Assembly: GCF_009914755.1 (NCBI RefSeq)
Contig: NC_060926.1
Length of the DNA stretch: 64,000 nucleotides
Reading direction: 5' to 3' (one strand)
Source of the DNA: the human T2T-CHM13v2.0 reference genome, Homo sapiens
Each line of letters starts with the position of its first letter. Within the stretch, counting starts at the first letter, position 1. This document shows, piece after piece, positions 15,139 through 29,285 of the stretch. Under the pieces are notes generated by a model, which was given only the letters and a program-made list of their open reading frames with translations, was not told the DNA's origin and did no database searches. Position numbers and translations under genes: made by a program.

Positions 15139-18100
15139 TCTACAAGTTGATTAGATTATTTCCAAAGGGACCAACAGAGATACCTTTGCAAATCCTGCAT
15201 GATATGCACAATTATATATATGAAATTGGTACTCTGTAGAGTTGCTTATCTCCTCACTTTATCACCTAAGTGATCCCATTACTCTACCTTTTTTTTTTTT
15301 TTTGTAAATCACTGTTATTTCAACTCAACGTACCCCACCCTAACTTGGAGACAATATTCCTCAAAGTGCTCCTCTAGGTGAATCTAACTGATACACAAAC
15401 ACTTCATTACCTCAACATGGATAATAAATCCAGGGGTCCAAACAGTGATTGTCTTTACATACAAGGGAAGACAGTTCCATAGTCTCATCTACAGCATTCA
15501 CCTTGGCTGTCTGGACAATCACAATTCAAACAAGCGGTTAGAGGAGTGGGGAGAGTGGGAAGAATTTGGAATTTTAGATAGTTACAAAGCTAATCCCTCA
15601 TAAAATATGCCCAGCCACACAGACAATGGGTTAAACAATCACTTTCACATCTGGAAAGCACCTTTGATGTATATTGCCAAATAATAAGATAAAGTGGCAG
15701 CCCTAAGATATCACCACCTGCCTCTAACTACTACCTTATTGAAGTGCTCTCTCAACTGTGAAGGCTTAATTTGCAAGTACCTTTCTTTATCCATATTTAC
15801 ATTAAAGAATGTAAATGGTCTGAACCAAGTTTGTTATGCCTGTCTGAATCACCCTCATTGCAGGCAATTTCTGATGTATGAGCTTATAGCTGATTAGGTA
15901 ACCTCTGGTGGCATATCCAATTTTTTTTTATTGCCTAAATTTGGACCATTTCTGATCATTATAGCCTAATCAGAGGTCAAGAGGGAAGAACAGATTGTGG
16001 CTGAAGGTTTGGTGGTGATATAAAAAAAAAACTACTCATTCAAGCATTTGTATAGATTTTTATCACCTCAGCGATCCCATTACTCATTAATAGAGACAAT
16101 CACAAATGTTCAGGCTTGCCTGGTGCCTTCAAGCCATCAGGCTCATCACACAGCTGAAACTGCATAAAATTAAGCCATGGACCACCTCTCCTGAATCACT
16201 CATCCTGACACCTGAACTCTACTTCCCACGTGTACCTAACTGTCCCAGCATCTAACTTCATTCTCCGCTTCTCCCTCCATTGACTCACCTTGTTACTGAA
16301 GCTGAGACTGGGAATCCCATAACTACTGTTTAGAGGCTCCCATGCCTACAAGGCCATCAAACATACCAATAAAACACATCACCCAGCCTGGGCCAGGCGT
16401 CAGCATCTTATGCCTCTGTTTCCCACATTCATAGTATTAGAAAAGCACATGTATATATCTGGAGATTCCCATGAATCTGAAGTAGAATGGTTGCCCTGAG
16501 AACTTTAAGCACCAGAGTACCGGAGTAGTTCCTATTTCACTTGTGATCTCTTAGACATGACCCAGCATTCTTATTCCATATATTAGGAAATTGAAAAACT
16601 GCTCAACTTTCCAGATATAAGTGACATAGTGAAAGCAGCAGCCCTTGCAAGAATTAATCCTAATTTGCACCATTTTGGGCCACATCTACTGTATCCTTCA
16701 GTGTCTTCTATAAAGTGTTCTATGTGATACATTCTATTATGAATTTATTAACAGAGATAATATTCCTCTCTTTAAGGAGTAGTAGCCTTTGGCCATGAGA
16801 TAATAATTACATATTACTTGTTTTTTTTTTTCTTTTGATCTTGTCTGCCAGGAATCTTAGAGCTAAATTACATGCTCATACTCAGAAAACTTGTTGGGCT
16901 ATGTGAAGGTGATAACTTGCCACATTCTCCTTTCATGACCTTTATTTTGTTTTTATTTTATCAGCCCTATTGTAAATCTACCTTTTATTGTAAGCCATAC
17001 CACATTCTTTGAGAAAGTGGTTATTAGCTTAGTTTTTAAAAGTAACCTCAGCCCATGAACAATGTTCAAAAGTAATTTCACATCCCAGATATCATCATGC
17101 ACAAAATGAACTCATTGGCCCAAGAGAAAAAAAGAAAAAAATTATGAATATAAAGGTTTCTAATTCAACAGAATAATTTATATTACGGAAATTATTTAGA
17201 TGACCATATTGGATGCTAACCCCGTCCAAGGGTGATGCAATAAAGGCTTATTCTATAATATTGAGAATTTTTCAAAGACTTAATAAGATTATTTAAACAT
17301 AACTAGAAATATCTTAAAAACCAAAGTTTAAACTGTGAAAGGCCATCAGAAATGGTTCAGTAGGTCTACTCAAATTATTGTGTAATTATCTGTTACATAT
17401 GCTTTTCCCCTCCATGTCTTTTACTGATTTGCATTAGTTCTCTGGCTGTAACTGGACTTGAACTTTTCAGTTTCAATGACACTTTACATGAGAAAACTAA
17501 TTATAATAGGATAAAAGTCCTTCACAAAAGAAGTATGTAAAAACCAACCACTACTTATTGTACACATAATTATCTTCTCTTTCAGCCTAGGATGTAGTCT
17601 TGGCTCTTGTGTAACTTAAATCTGTAGGGGATTGGCATCTGATTTACAGCAGAAGACCCAGCATCATATGAATATAATTTACTATGCCATGTGTCTCCTG
17701 CCACCTAAATCTATAGCTTGAATATAGAGACATCTCAATTAGACAGTGCAAAGAGAGCAAGATCTGCCTCCTCCTATCCTGTGCCATTAAAACAACCAAT
17801 ATTACCAAGCAGTGCTTGTTTTAAATTCACTTTGGAGGGGTGGATCTATTATTTTAAGTTGGTTAGGAGACACAAAGGGAGAGTTGCCATCAAACTGAAT
17901 GAAAAATCGAGCATAAGGTGATATAAGTAATAGCCTATGAGGGGTGGGACATGCATTTATTAAAGTATTGATTGGTGTATTTCTATAGCACCTGTGTATT
18001 ATCATGGACTTGAGGAGTTGAACTGGTGTTAAATTATAATGCTGACCACACAGGAGTCATCCATCCTTCTTGTCCTGTTCCTCCATGAACTCCTACACCA

Positions 18101-18667
18101 AAGTTGAAGCACATACACAGTATTGGCCATAATGAGGTAAATTATCTGGAGGCTCAACTGTGTTTGTTCTCTCCCTGCAACACATCTAAAAATTAAGCTG
18201 TCATTATAAAAACTTCATAATGACAAAGCTATATTATTTATCACCGGTCACAGTGTTCTCCAAATCCTGGTGAAAAGTTAAAGACAAGACCCACACAGTT
18301 TTCTCATGACGATTTTAGGGCAACTTCTCAAACATGGATACTGCCTGGGATAATCTCAGGAGAGAAAAGTGAAACAAATTATTTTCCTGATTTTATAAAT
18401 GGTGAAGTATAGAAATGAATGCAGATTGTCCTTCACAAGGTGCCTATATCTGGTCCCAAGGCTGTAAATGCACAGTTTTCTGGGGGATTCCTCCCATGGA
18501 ATTGAAGGGATTTTAACATAATAGTTTGAACCATCACCTACCCTCATATTAACTATAATTGGAAACTAAAAGATTCCAACTGCTAGAATTAAATCTAGGA
18601 GCTACTTTTTCAGAATCTTCCTTTCAAATTCTTTGAAAGAGAGATTCTAGTGATCTCTCTCTCTCTC

Positions 18668-18994
<327 letters not shown>

Positions 18995-19162
18995 TAAGGA
19001 CAGAAACTCACTGATTTTTTTTTTTTTTTTTTTACTACTCCTTAGTGTTTCCTCTAAGCAATGAGGAAGAGTTTATTGAATCATTAGAGTCACATACTCT
19101 CTCTTTGTCTTAAAATAGGATTGCGATGACCACTGAAATCTCATCCTTTTGGCTGGCCTTTT

Positions 19163-19729
19163 TTTTTTTTATTATTATACTTTAAGTTTTAGGGTACATG
19201 TGCACAATGTGCAGGTTTGTTACATATGTATACATGTGCCATGCTGGTGTGCTGCACCCATTAACTCGTCATTTAGCATTAGGTATATCTCCCAATGTTA
19301 TCCCTCCCCGCTCCCCCCACCCCACAACAGTCCCCGGAGTGTGATGTTCCCCTTCCTGTGTCCATGTGTGCTCATTGTTCAATTCCCACCTATGAGTGAG
19401 AACATGTGGTGTTTGGTTTTTTGTCCTTGTGATAGTTTGCTGAGAATGATGGTTTCCAGTTTCATCCATGTCCCTACAAAGGACATGAACTCTTCATTTT
19501 TTATGGCTGCATAGTATTCAATGGTGTATATGTGCCACATTTTCTTAATCCAGTTTATCGTTGTTGGACATTTGGGTTGGTTCCAAGTCTTTGCTATTGT
19601 GAATAGTGCCTCAATAAACATACGTGTGCATGTGTCTTTATAGCAGCATGATTTATAATCCTTTGGGTATACACCTAGTAATGGGATGGCTGGGTCAAAT
19701 GGTATTTCTAGTTCTAGATCCCTGAGGAA
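19163..19729 (-). mobile_element. 5'-truncated L1PA (L1PA3/4-like) 3' end
   Basis: ORF2 C-terminal peptide MFIEALFTIAKTWNQPKCP..., 3' UTR and poly(A). 16-bp TSD ttttggctggcctttt (19147-19162 / 19730-19745). Confidence 0.95.
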
Positions 19730-20043
19730 TTTTGGCTGGCCTTTTAAAGGACAAGCCTACTGGCTGCAAAGCCACCACAACTCACTTGAAGACCCTTAGG
19801 AAAGCCATCAGGAAAGAAAAGACAACCAGTTTCAATAAAGCTCATGTCAGGTACAAATGGAAAGTTTCAGAAAATTGGTCTGAATGCCATAGGATGCTTC
19901 AGTCAGAACAGAAGTTCTAAATGGTTGGTAAATTAGCTCATCAAACACAACAGAAGCTTACTCAATGGACATTCAATCCAAGGTGTTACTGGTGCAGAGA
20001 GAGATGCACCTCAGGAAGCAATCTGCTCAGCTAAGAACAATAC

Positions 20044-20177
20044 CTGGAGAACTGCTGCTGCAAGCTACGCATCTGAATTCTGTTGCGTTCAGACTCTAGG
20101 GTCACCTCCTGCAACCGCTTCTCGCTTTGAAGACGTAAGTGTCTCTCCTCTTCCAGTTCATGTATCAGCTTCTCATG
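20044..20177 (-). CDS. NCKAP5: Internal coding exon of NCK-associated protein 5 (N-terminal coiled-coil, about aa 70-114)
   Basis: Minus strand reads tgtgtcttttatag|CATGAGAAG...TTCTCCAG|gtattg. 134 nt, phase 0 to phase 2, open frame HEKLIHELEEERHLRLQSEKRLQEVTLESERNRIQMRSLQQQFS(R), which matches my memory of human NCKAP5. Confidence 0.96.
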
Positions 20178-22088
20178 CTATAAAAGACACAAAGGGGATG
20201 ACTTTTAGGAAGGTGTTTATGACAAAAATAAGAAATAGCTGGTTATCAAGTGATAACTTGAGCTTTATATATATGAATTTCATCCTTTGAACAACCCCAC
20301 GAAGTAGGTCCTATTCTTAATCTCTTGTTATAGACAACGAAACCAAGGATCAGAGACACCTAAGTAATTTGTGCAAGGTCATATAAACCAGAAGGTAATA
20401 GATCTTGACTCCCAGGTGACTTAATTCTAACACTTGAATAATTTCCACTAACCCAGAGAGCATCCTGTGAAGAACTATGACCCAAAAATACTATTGAATG
20501 CACAATAAGTCAGATAATAATTAGTAAGATTATTACCTGTTCAGAATTATTTCATCTCTTCCATCTCTGGTATATCCTTGAAAGAGAAAATTACTACTTT
20601 TATAGAAGGACCAAAAATTTCAAGTTAATTAGAATGTGAAGCTGATGAGGGTGAGGCTCAAGAATTGTTTTTCATTTTGTCCAGTTAGGTCTTCAGATAT
20701 AAAACTAGGCCAAGCCACCCACTGTTTTTATAATCCTAGATAACTAGCTCATCTCACGAACGGGTATCAGGGACTGAAAGAGGAACTGGATGACACAGAA
20801 TAGACGGTTCAGCAGAAACTCATTCCTGGAACTGGTAAAAAGCACACAGCTCAGATCCTCCTGATAGCACTGAGTCAGCTACACTAATGTCTTTGTTGTT
20901 TTGTTTTTGTTTTGTTGTTGTTGTTGTTGCCTTTTTTAAAAAGCATGCCATGCTGTTATTGTTACTGCTGTTACTACACTAAGCATTTTGTACACAGGAT
21001 ATACACTCTATGATGAAAACTATACATGCAATGTCTGATCATGAGGGACATATATACTTAAAAGGAAAGAAGGCAAACAGTGACCTCTGTTTTGAAATAA
21101 ACCAAACACTATGACTGTGTACCATGCACTATGGATTAAATATGATTCATCTCATGTGGCATATTCACAGGAAGTGATAGCAATGACAGATTTTCTCCAG
21201 CTCTAACTCATGAGAAAAAAGGCATTCTGAGGATCATGAAAGAAACATTAGACTAGAATCTAGATGTGAATCCTGATCCTCTAAAAATACTTACACATCC
21301 TCCTGCCTCTGTACCTTTGTTCCAGCGTGAAAAGCTGCCTAGGTCTCTCGGTTGAAAGCCTAGGGTTCCTTCCAGGCTCAGTTGCAAGCCATGTCCTCTA
21401 CAACTTATCCCTCATCACTGCATTTCCTCCCTTCCCTGAATTCCAACATCACCTACCATCTTTACCACCCTTTAGGTCTTTACTTTTTCTACTGTTATTT
21501 TTCATGTGAATTTATCATAATTCTCCACCTGGATAAATATTTGTTCAAGATGCCTTATGTGCAGATATATTTTACATTTTTAGCACATTACCTAATATGC
21601 AGTAGTGCTGGAAATATATTTGTTTATTGATTCTGAAGCTGGCCTTTTGCTTACTCAGGCCTGACTTTTTGATGGTCTACTTTTAACTCCCATAATCAGT
21701 TACTTTTACTGAAATCAGAAAAACTAAAATCAAAATTAAAATCAAATCTTTATTCTGTCACTTTGGAAAATGACATTCTGGAAGCGCTGGAAAGAAAGAA
21801 AAATGTGGTTGTGGAAGATAAATGGGTTAATTAAAGTTAACTCTTTACAAAAATGGTCAAAATTGCAAATTTCATGTTATATACATTTTACTATAATAAA
21901 ATAAACTCTTTATGGTTATATACACAATTGACATTCCTCTTTTTATTGACTGATTAGACTAAAAGAAACATGGACAAGTCACCAATACTACAGAATTTGG
22001 AAGATAGTGCTTCGATTCCAGAAACAGGCCAAAAAAAAAAATGTACGCTAAATAGTTCAAAAGTACATGCTACGAAGAATGTGAAGTT

Positions 22089-22364
22089 CACACCTGTAAT
22101 CCCAGCACTTTGGGAGGCTGACGCGGGTGGATCACGAGGTCAGGAGTTCAAGACCAGCCTGGCCAAGATGGTGAAACCCCGTCTCTACTAAAAATAAAAA
22201 AATTAGCCAGGTGTGTTGGCGGGTGCCTATAATGCCAGCTACTCGGGAGGCTGAGGCAGTGAATTGCTTGAACCCAGGAGGCGGAGGTTGCAGTGAGCCG
22301 AGATTACGCCACTGCAATCCAGCATGGGTGACAGAGCGAGACTCCATCTCAAAAAAAAAAAAAA
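22089..22364 (+). mobile_element. AluSg-like, slightly 5'-truncated
   Basis: ggatcacgaggtcaggagttcaagaccagcctggccaagatgg; TSD aagaatgt(g/a)aagtt. Confidence 0.92.
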
Positions 22365-22545
22365 AAGAATGTAAAGTTTTGCAGAGAAAACAGCATCCCT
22401 CCTTCCTTCAAAAGCAAAGAATGCTCCATAGATTCACTCACTGCCATATCAAAGAGTCCCAAAAACATGATCATGAGAGAACCTTTTCCACATGAATAAT
22501 CTTTTCTCTTCAATTTATTTATGCCTTTTAAAACATGAAAAAAAA

Positions 22546-22547
<2 letters not shown>

Positions 22548-22587
<40 letters not shown>
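22548..22587. repeat. (CA)20 microsatellite
   Basis: Read directly from the sequence. Confidence 0.97.
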
Positions 22588-22591
<4 letters not shown>

Positions 22592-22633
22592 CCCTGATAA
22601 CACAGAGAAAATTCTAAGGAATTAAGACTATGA

Positions 22634-23045
<412 letters not shown>

Positions 23046-25029
23046 TGTACCCAAATTTAAAAACAGGCTACACATAGAAAAAATATAGTATCAATAGATT
23101 GGCTATTTTTTTTCTGTATTCGCTATATTCTGGATATAAATTGATCTATCCCCAAAGTAATTTTAATTTGTCTCCCAAATGTTGGCTCTGGATCTTTCCC
23201 AGCAGAAAGTGTGAAAGGCAATGAGAGATGGAGAACAGTTGCTGTTATTTACACAACGCCACTAGGTACTGAAGAGCAATAAGTAGAGGACAATATCCTG
23301 GGAATCTGGGTTACAAATCTGACAGGACCACATTTCCACAGCAACAGCTCTCTTTCTGCAGAGCCACTGAGCTGGGATGGCTTGAAGACACCTGCCTAGG
23401 AGAGCCTCATGATGATTTTCAAAGCTCCTCAATCACCACCTTTCAATTCTTCCCATGTTCTTCGAGCAAGATGCTCCATGTTCGTCACCTCTTCCCTTTC
23501 TCTTTGGCTTCTCTTAGCAAAGCTCTCAAATCGCTGCACCAGAACACAAGCAACAGCTCAAAGGCTGAGTCTAAGCAGTGACATTACATACATGTTCAAC
23601 AAAACTTGCCAGTCACAGGCTCTTCTTTCCCTTTACAGAGGTGAGCTTTGTTATTAGTAAAAAGGTAGGTTTCCCTGTTTTTCTGAAGAAAAGCTGTGAG
23701 TGGGTTAACTTTCAACTCTGTTATTCGTTAGCTGCTGTCTCTAACTCCGAAATGAGCAAACTCTGCAAAAAATATCTTCAATCTGGAGAATATTTTACAT
23801 TTTACAAAATGTGTCCACCTTCATTACTGTATTCAGTCTTCAGAACAATTCAGCAATAGTGGTTATTATCACCTCCATCTAAAGATAAGTGCAGAGGACT
23901 GAAAAGAGAGGCAGGAAGCTTGCTCTGTTTCCATGGTTAGAAATAGCAGCTCTGGAGCTAGAATTGAGTTTTTCTGACCCTAAGTCTCCCACTTTTTTCC
24001 CCTACTACTGTCAGCTCTGCTGTAACATTTCTTTTAAAAGTGCTAATTTGTTCCAATGCAACTGATATGTTGTGAAAAAATTTAAGCATGACACAAATCT
24101 TAGGTTTGCCGATTGCCTGATTTCATTCATGAGAAAAATTAGGTGAACACAGAAAACTCCACCCAGTTGAACTGCATCGAAACACACAAAACACATATTT
24201 CAAACAGACCTCAGTCCACCGTGTGCATTACGAGCCACAACCATCCACATGTGGTGTTTACAACTTCCCCTCCAATTTCAGACAGCGTTCTTTCCACCAC
24301 TTCACAGTAACTTCTGAACTGCATCCCTGTTGATATCCACTTCCACAAAAAACTCTTTCAAGGTAAAGCACCATATTTATTGTAGTATTTATGTATTTTT
24401 TAACCACTGAACACATGGCTGCCAATTGTATTAGGTTCCTACCTTTTTGTTTTTAGTGTGTCACTGACAAAGTTTTGAGTATTTTTCCCATAGTCCTGTT
24501 TCCCCCAAAAGCTTTGTGGTTTTCACTGTGTGGTTTTACAGAGTGCAGTAATTTTCAGTAACACACATGTTATACCAGAGCTGACTGGACACCATGGTGG
24601 AGAAAAAGAAGTCCAAAACAAGAGTGGAATTCCAAAATACTTTTCCTATTTGGACATGAGCAAAGAGTTAAGTTCTAGACAAAGAATCAAACATACAAAG
24701 AGAAAGACAGGTATTTCCTCCATGGTTCTACAGAATGATCTTGTCTATACCTCATAGCCTACACATAGCAACAGAGCTCAAACTGAGCCATCCTCTGATT
24801 AAACCTCAAATGCAGGAGATTCCTCCATTTCCCTGGGTAATCTATGTTTCTGACCTTTTCTCCTGATAATTTTGTAAAACTTGCTTAAATCATTAAAGTA
24901 TCAAAAGGTCCTTTCTACATGCATGTTCCAAGGAAATGAAGCAAAATCTATATAGATTCTGATAATTCTCTAATTTAATAGAGAACTGTGCGTGTAAAAG
25001 CAGCTATGTACCCCCAACATGGAGTCGTT

Positions 25030-25630
25030 TACTTACTTGGCCCACAAATGTTTACTGAGTAGCTGCTATGTGCCAAACACTGAACTAGAGATGGAAACCA
25101 ACAATGAGTCAAATGGACATGGTTCCCGGCTTCGTTAGACTTACAGACTAATGGAGAGGGCTGGCGCTAAATAAACATCACACAGATAAATACGGCAGTA
25201 TAAACTGATTGTTAATTAAGAGTATGCTGAAAGGTGAAAGTGACGGAAACTGATTTTGTTTGGTAGGTCAGGGAAAGGCCTCTGAGGAAGTAATATTGAA
25301 ACTGAGACCTCTGTGATGACCAGGTGCTACCAGGCGAAGAGAGGGGACCAGCACTGCAGGCAGAGGGAGAGGCAAGTGCAAAGCCCTTTGTCGTGTAGGG
25401 AGGGAGGAAGAGAAGCCCAGTGTGGCTGGAAGCTGGTGAGCCAGGGGACAGGAGTGGCATAGGACGCAGGTGGAAAAGAATAAGGGATAGACCACGTAGG
25501 ACCATGAACATGACATGACAGATTTGGGACTGTAGCCTGGGTAAAATGATGACTCATTACCAAGGGCTTAATCAAGTGAGGAAGATGATTTCAGATTTGG
25601 CAAAGTTCATTCTGACTACGGTATGGAGAA
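25030..25630 (-). mobile_element. L2 3' fragment
   Basis: aaatgtttactgagtagctgctatgtgcc...gtcagggaaaggcctctgaggaagt...gcaaagccct. Confidence 0.75.
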
Positions 25631-27471
25631 AGAACTAACAGGCTAAATTATAGAATGGGAAAACATTTATATAAATATTTAAATATTTAAAATAAATATA
25701 ATAAATTAAATAATGCTACCAGCTTTTAGTTTGTACCACACCATTTACTAGAGAAGTGGTTTTGAACAAGCCACTTAACTTAAAACTTAACTGCTTTAAG
25801 CCAGTTTCCTCTGCATACTGGGGACGGTGAACTCATCCAAGCCAATTTCATAGTATCATTGTGAATAATAGATGAAATAATGTATGGTAAGGCACTTCAA
25901 AAACTCAAAAGTCCTATATAAAAATAAAATATGGCTAACTAAAATTGTACAGCTTATATTGTCTAATATACTTCAGCTACTTTTGATAAACTCTGTATAA
26001 CATTTGTCTTTAATAACCATTACATATTAAAGATAATCATAGATATTTCAAAAAGTTCAAAAATGTGTGTCTAAGCAGATCATACATTAATCTTGAAAGA
26101 AAACACATTTTAAATATGATTTTGATGTAAGAATGGAGAGGATAACTTAATCACAAATGCCATCTAGAATATATATAACCCTGTGTTTGGCCTTCCCTAA
26201 AATACATTATTTTTTATTCTCATTTCCTAGTATGATTTCAAACAGATGGCTTGATGTATGGTATGAGAAAACTTCAGAATGAAATTAAAATATTAACACT
26301 TGATTCAAATATGGAAAGCCAATAAATACCTCTATTCTAGGTCTAATTATAGTTGGTGATTCTCATTATATCAGTGGGTGGTAATACTGCCAGAGTTAAA
26401 GACAATTCAAAAATATGAAAAAGAAAGAGGAATTTATTTGGCTTGGAAATTCTAGCACCACATTATGTGGCATATATTCGACGAAACATATCAGGCATAA
26501 CAAGAGGCACGTCCCACATAGGCTCCAAGCCCTCCGTGAGTCCTGCCTCGTTGAGTGTCATGAGGTACCAGCTCATCTCAGGTGTCCTATGCTGGCTTGA
26601 TGTCTGAAGATACATGATAATTGAGAAGTAATCGCTATATGTCTGTTTCAAAAGATTTCCTGAAATGTGTCCAAGTGATAATATTCGAATTGAGTCATAC
26701 TTTATGACCAAAGAATCATGGGGAAAACATTAGTACTCTTGGATAATAAGAGGATCTTAAGGTAAGAAATGAATAGAGGCCATTAGAGAAGGACAAAGGG
26801 ATTCAATGATATTCCTGTATATTGATAGAAAAACACATGAGCTCATTTGAGAAATGTGGAAACTGAGAAGCAAGCTACCAACTAGAAAACGTGCCCAGTC
26901 ACAGGTATCTCCACGTATTCATCAACCAACATCCAATGTGCACTCAAACATCTTAAGAATTACACGGAGACCCAGAACAATCCTTTTAATTCTCTCCCTA
27001 CCTATTGAGAATCTAAATTGACACCTGTGTTTTTTCTTCAGAAGTCCATAAGCCAAACACATCAGCAGAAAAATTAATGTCTTCATGAAAACTAGTTTTT
27101 AATGGGAAAACTCTATTAACCAACTCTGTCAAGCCAGTATGAAATGGATCTAAATTAAGCTATAGTTATTACATCTAATTGTAGCCTTGTTTTTGTTTTG
27201 CACACATATTGCAATAGTTTCACCATAAAGCTCTCTGAATTCAATATCCCCATTAGTTATGAAAGATTTGGTCATCCTAGAAGCAGAGAAACAGATAAGG
27301 AACTTGAGGATTGATTTTTTAAAAACCCATACTCTTGGCTGTAACAGAAGAATCAGAATCAGATTTTGAGATGCAAGGATAGAAACAGCCAAGTATATAT
27401 CTGCAGTGCTGATAACATCACCCAAGAGAGACAAAGCTTTTATTCTAACTAAAAAAAGATGCAGAGCTTGG

Positions 27472-27474
<3 letters not shown>

Positions 27475-27528
<54 letters not shown>
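27475..27528. repeat. (TG)27 microsatellite
   Basis: Read directly from the sequence. Confidence 0.97.
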
Positions 27529-27532
<4 letters not shown>

Positions 27533-27832
27533 GGAAAAGAAAGGAGAAAGGGTGAGATAAATAAATACAGAAGAGGAGAAGGGTGGGGTAGAGGGTAGAA
27601 ATTTCAAGGGCAAGTAAGACAGATGGGCACTTGGATGGATCTTAAAAATGTCCTCAATGCTAGACAGGAGCTCTATAACAGAAATGGCACAGGTGAAGCA
27701 CCCCATATGACTAAATTTTCTTAGACAAAGATTATATATGTCCTTATTATTTAGCAAAGGGATAGAGATGTGAACTTGATGAAAGGAGTTTTTCCAGGGT
27801 GGGTTGTGAAGAAAAGCAAGATAAAATGAAGG

Positions 27833-28326
27833 TGTTAGGAATACCGCTCAAAATCCTAAGGAAATTGAACACTCGAACAAAGGATTCTTAGCAAAGCAAT
27901 TTTACTTCCGCGCAGAGGGGTGCCTCCTTGGCCAGTTGCCATGAGAACACACCTGAACAAAGGGGCAGGAGAGCCTTTATTCCTGACGCAAGTCCTGCCC
28001 CTGTACCCTTTCCCCATTGGCTGAGGTGGGGTCGTACAATCTAATCTTGGTTAGCTAAACATTTGATTTTTTTTAGATGGGGTAGGCACGTAAAAGAAAG
28101 TGGAGGGAAAGGGGAAGGGGTATCTGTAATGAGCTAGAAAGTTAGTCCTCTTTCCAAATAAGGAAAGGAGTGTGAGCTGGTACTGATAGTGCTTGGTACT
28201 GTGGTGTGCATAGGCATCTATCAAAGGCAAAAAGGAAAAAAAGGAGAAAAAGAAGGGGGGGTACTATGAATTAAAGAATAAAAGATTGATTCGATTATTC
28301 GAAGAGAAACCTCATCATATCCCACA
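27833..28326 (-). mobile_element. Solo ERV1 LTR (LTR15-like)
   Basis: Minus strand starts TGTGGGATATGATGAGGTTTCTCTTC and ends ...CCTAACA; 4-bp TSD aagg on both sides; internal AATAAA near 27976. Confidence 0.8.
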
Positions 28327-28742
28327 AAGGTCTGGCACGTGGAGATTGATATGCACTATAAAGTCATGGTGGAAAAAATTACAACAAATTTTGGGATCCT
28401 ACCAAGAGAAAGTAAGTTGTTTACTGCATAGTCAATGGTTTTTATTATTTATCAACTAGGGCTACAAATGAATAATAAAATGGTAACACTGTATTTACAA
28501 CAAAAAGTAATACAGTTTTGCTTTTAATATCATCCTACAGCAGAAAAAAAATAGGATGAAAATTTATATATTGATCAACTTCTCACATTTTTCATCAGTC
28601 TAAGTGTCATTTTCACATCATGATTCCTACAGTGGAGAAGGCATGAGGCTAACAGACTGGGCTAGAGTTTCTGTCTTCCCATTAACTTGATAAGTGACCT
28701 TGGGAAATATACTTACTGTCTCCGGACCTACTTCTAAACTGC

Positions 28743-29285
28743 TGTAGTAAGTTCTTATAATTTTATGTTGCCTTGGCCTCCATTTTAAATATAAGTTGGA
28801 TTCTCTCATACCAGAAGAAGGGCTCAGTCATCCTTGGCAGAATTTCCAGTTCTACGCCTAACTCACACTCCTAGTTCCTCAATGTGTTCAATTCAGATAT
28901 CTGCATTACACAGTTGCTCACTACGGGTCAGCTAGACACAGCCTGCTTGACTGGCCCTGCTGCTCCTACCCCCTGCATGAGCTGTGCAGATACGCCACAG
29001 TGACTAACCCTCAGTCACAGTGTGGCCACCTGGAACTCACACCTGTTGCTTTAAACTCACGAATTAACATTCCCCATAGGAAACCTGTTTGGACAACACC
29101 CTGGATGCCAGTAAAGGCATTGGCTCATGGATCTCTCTCTACATGTGCTCCTAGACCTCCATATGTGTGACCCTCAGGTGTATCACATACCCCGAGGGCC
29201 TGTAAACAAGAAAATCTGTATTTCCCTCTTGTGTCTCTTCTAATCATTGGAAGGTTCCCTCCATCTGGAAGATTCTAAATTAACA
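28743..29285 (+). mobile_element. Solo LTR (LTR47-like) inserted in a MIR-type element
   Basis: TGTAGTAAGTTCTTATAATTTTATGTTGCC...AATTAACA with TG...CA ends; MIR-like sequence on both flanks. Confidence 0.65.

Noticed and set aside
19149-19621. ORFs resembling L1 ORF2
   Set aside because: Remnant of a 5'-truncated L1PA, not a gene.
20132-20140. Good + strand donor GAC|gtaagt inside the coding exon
   Set aside because: Explained by the NCKAP5 codons (CAC TTA CGT); no supported antisense exon.
23440-23533. Purine-rich minus-strand exon candidate (RFESFAKRSQRERE...)
   Set aside because: Poor donor (AAG|gtggtg), 94 nt would shift the frame, and the peptide is not part of NCKAP5 as I recall it.
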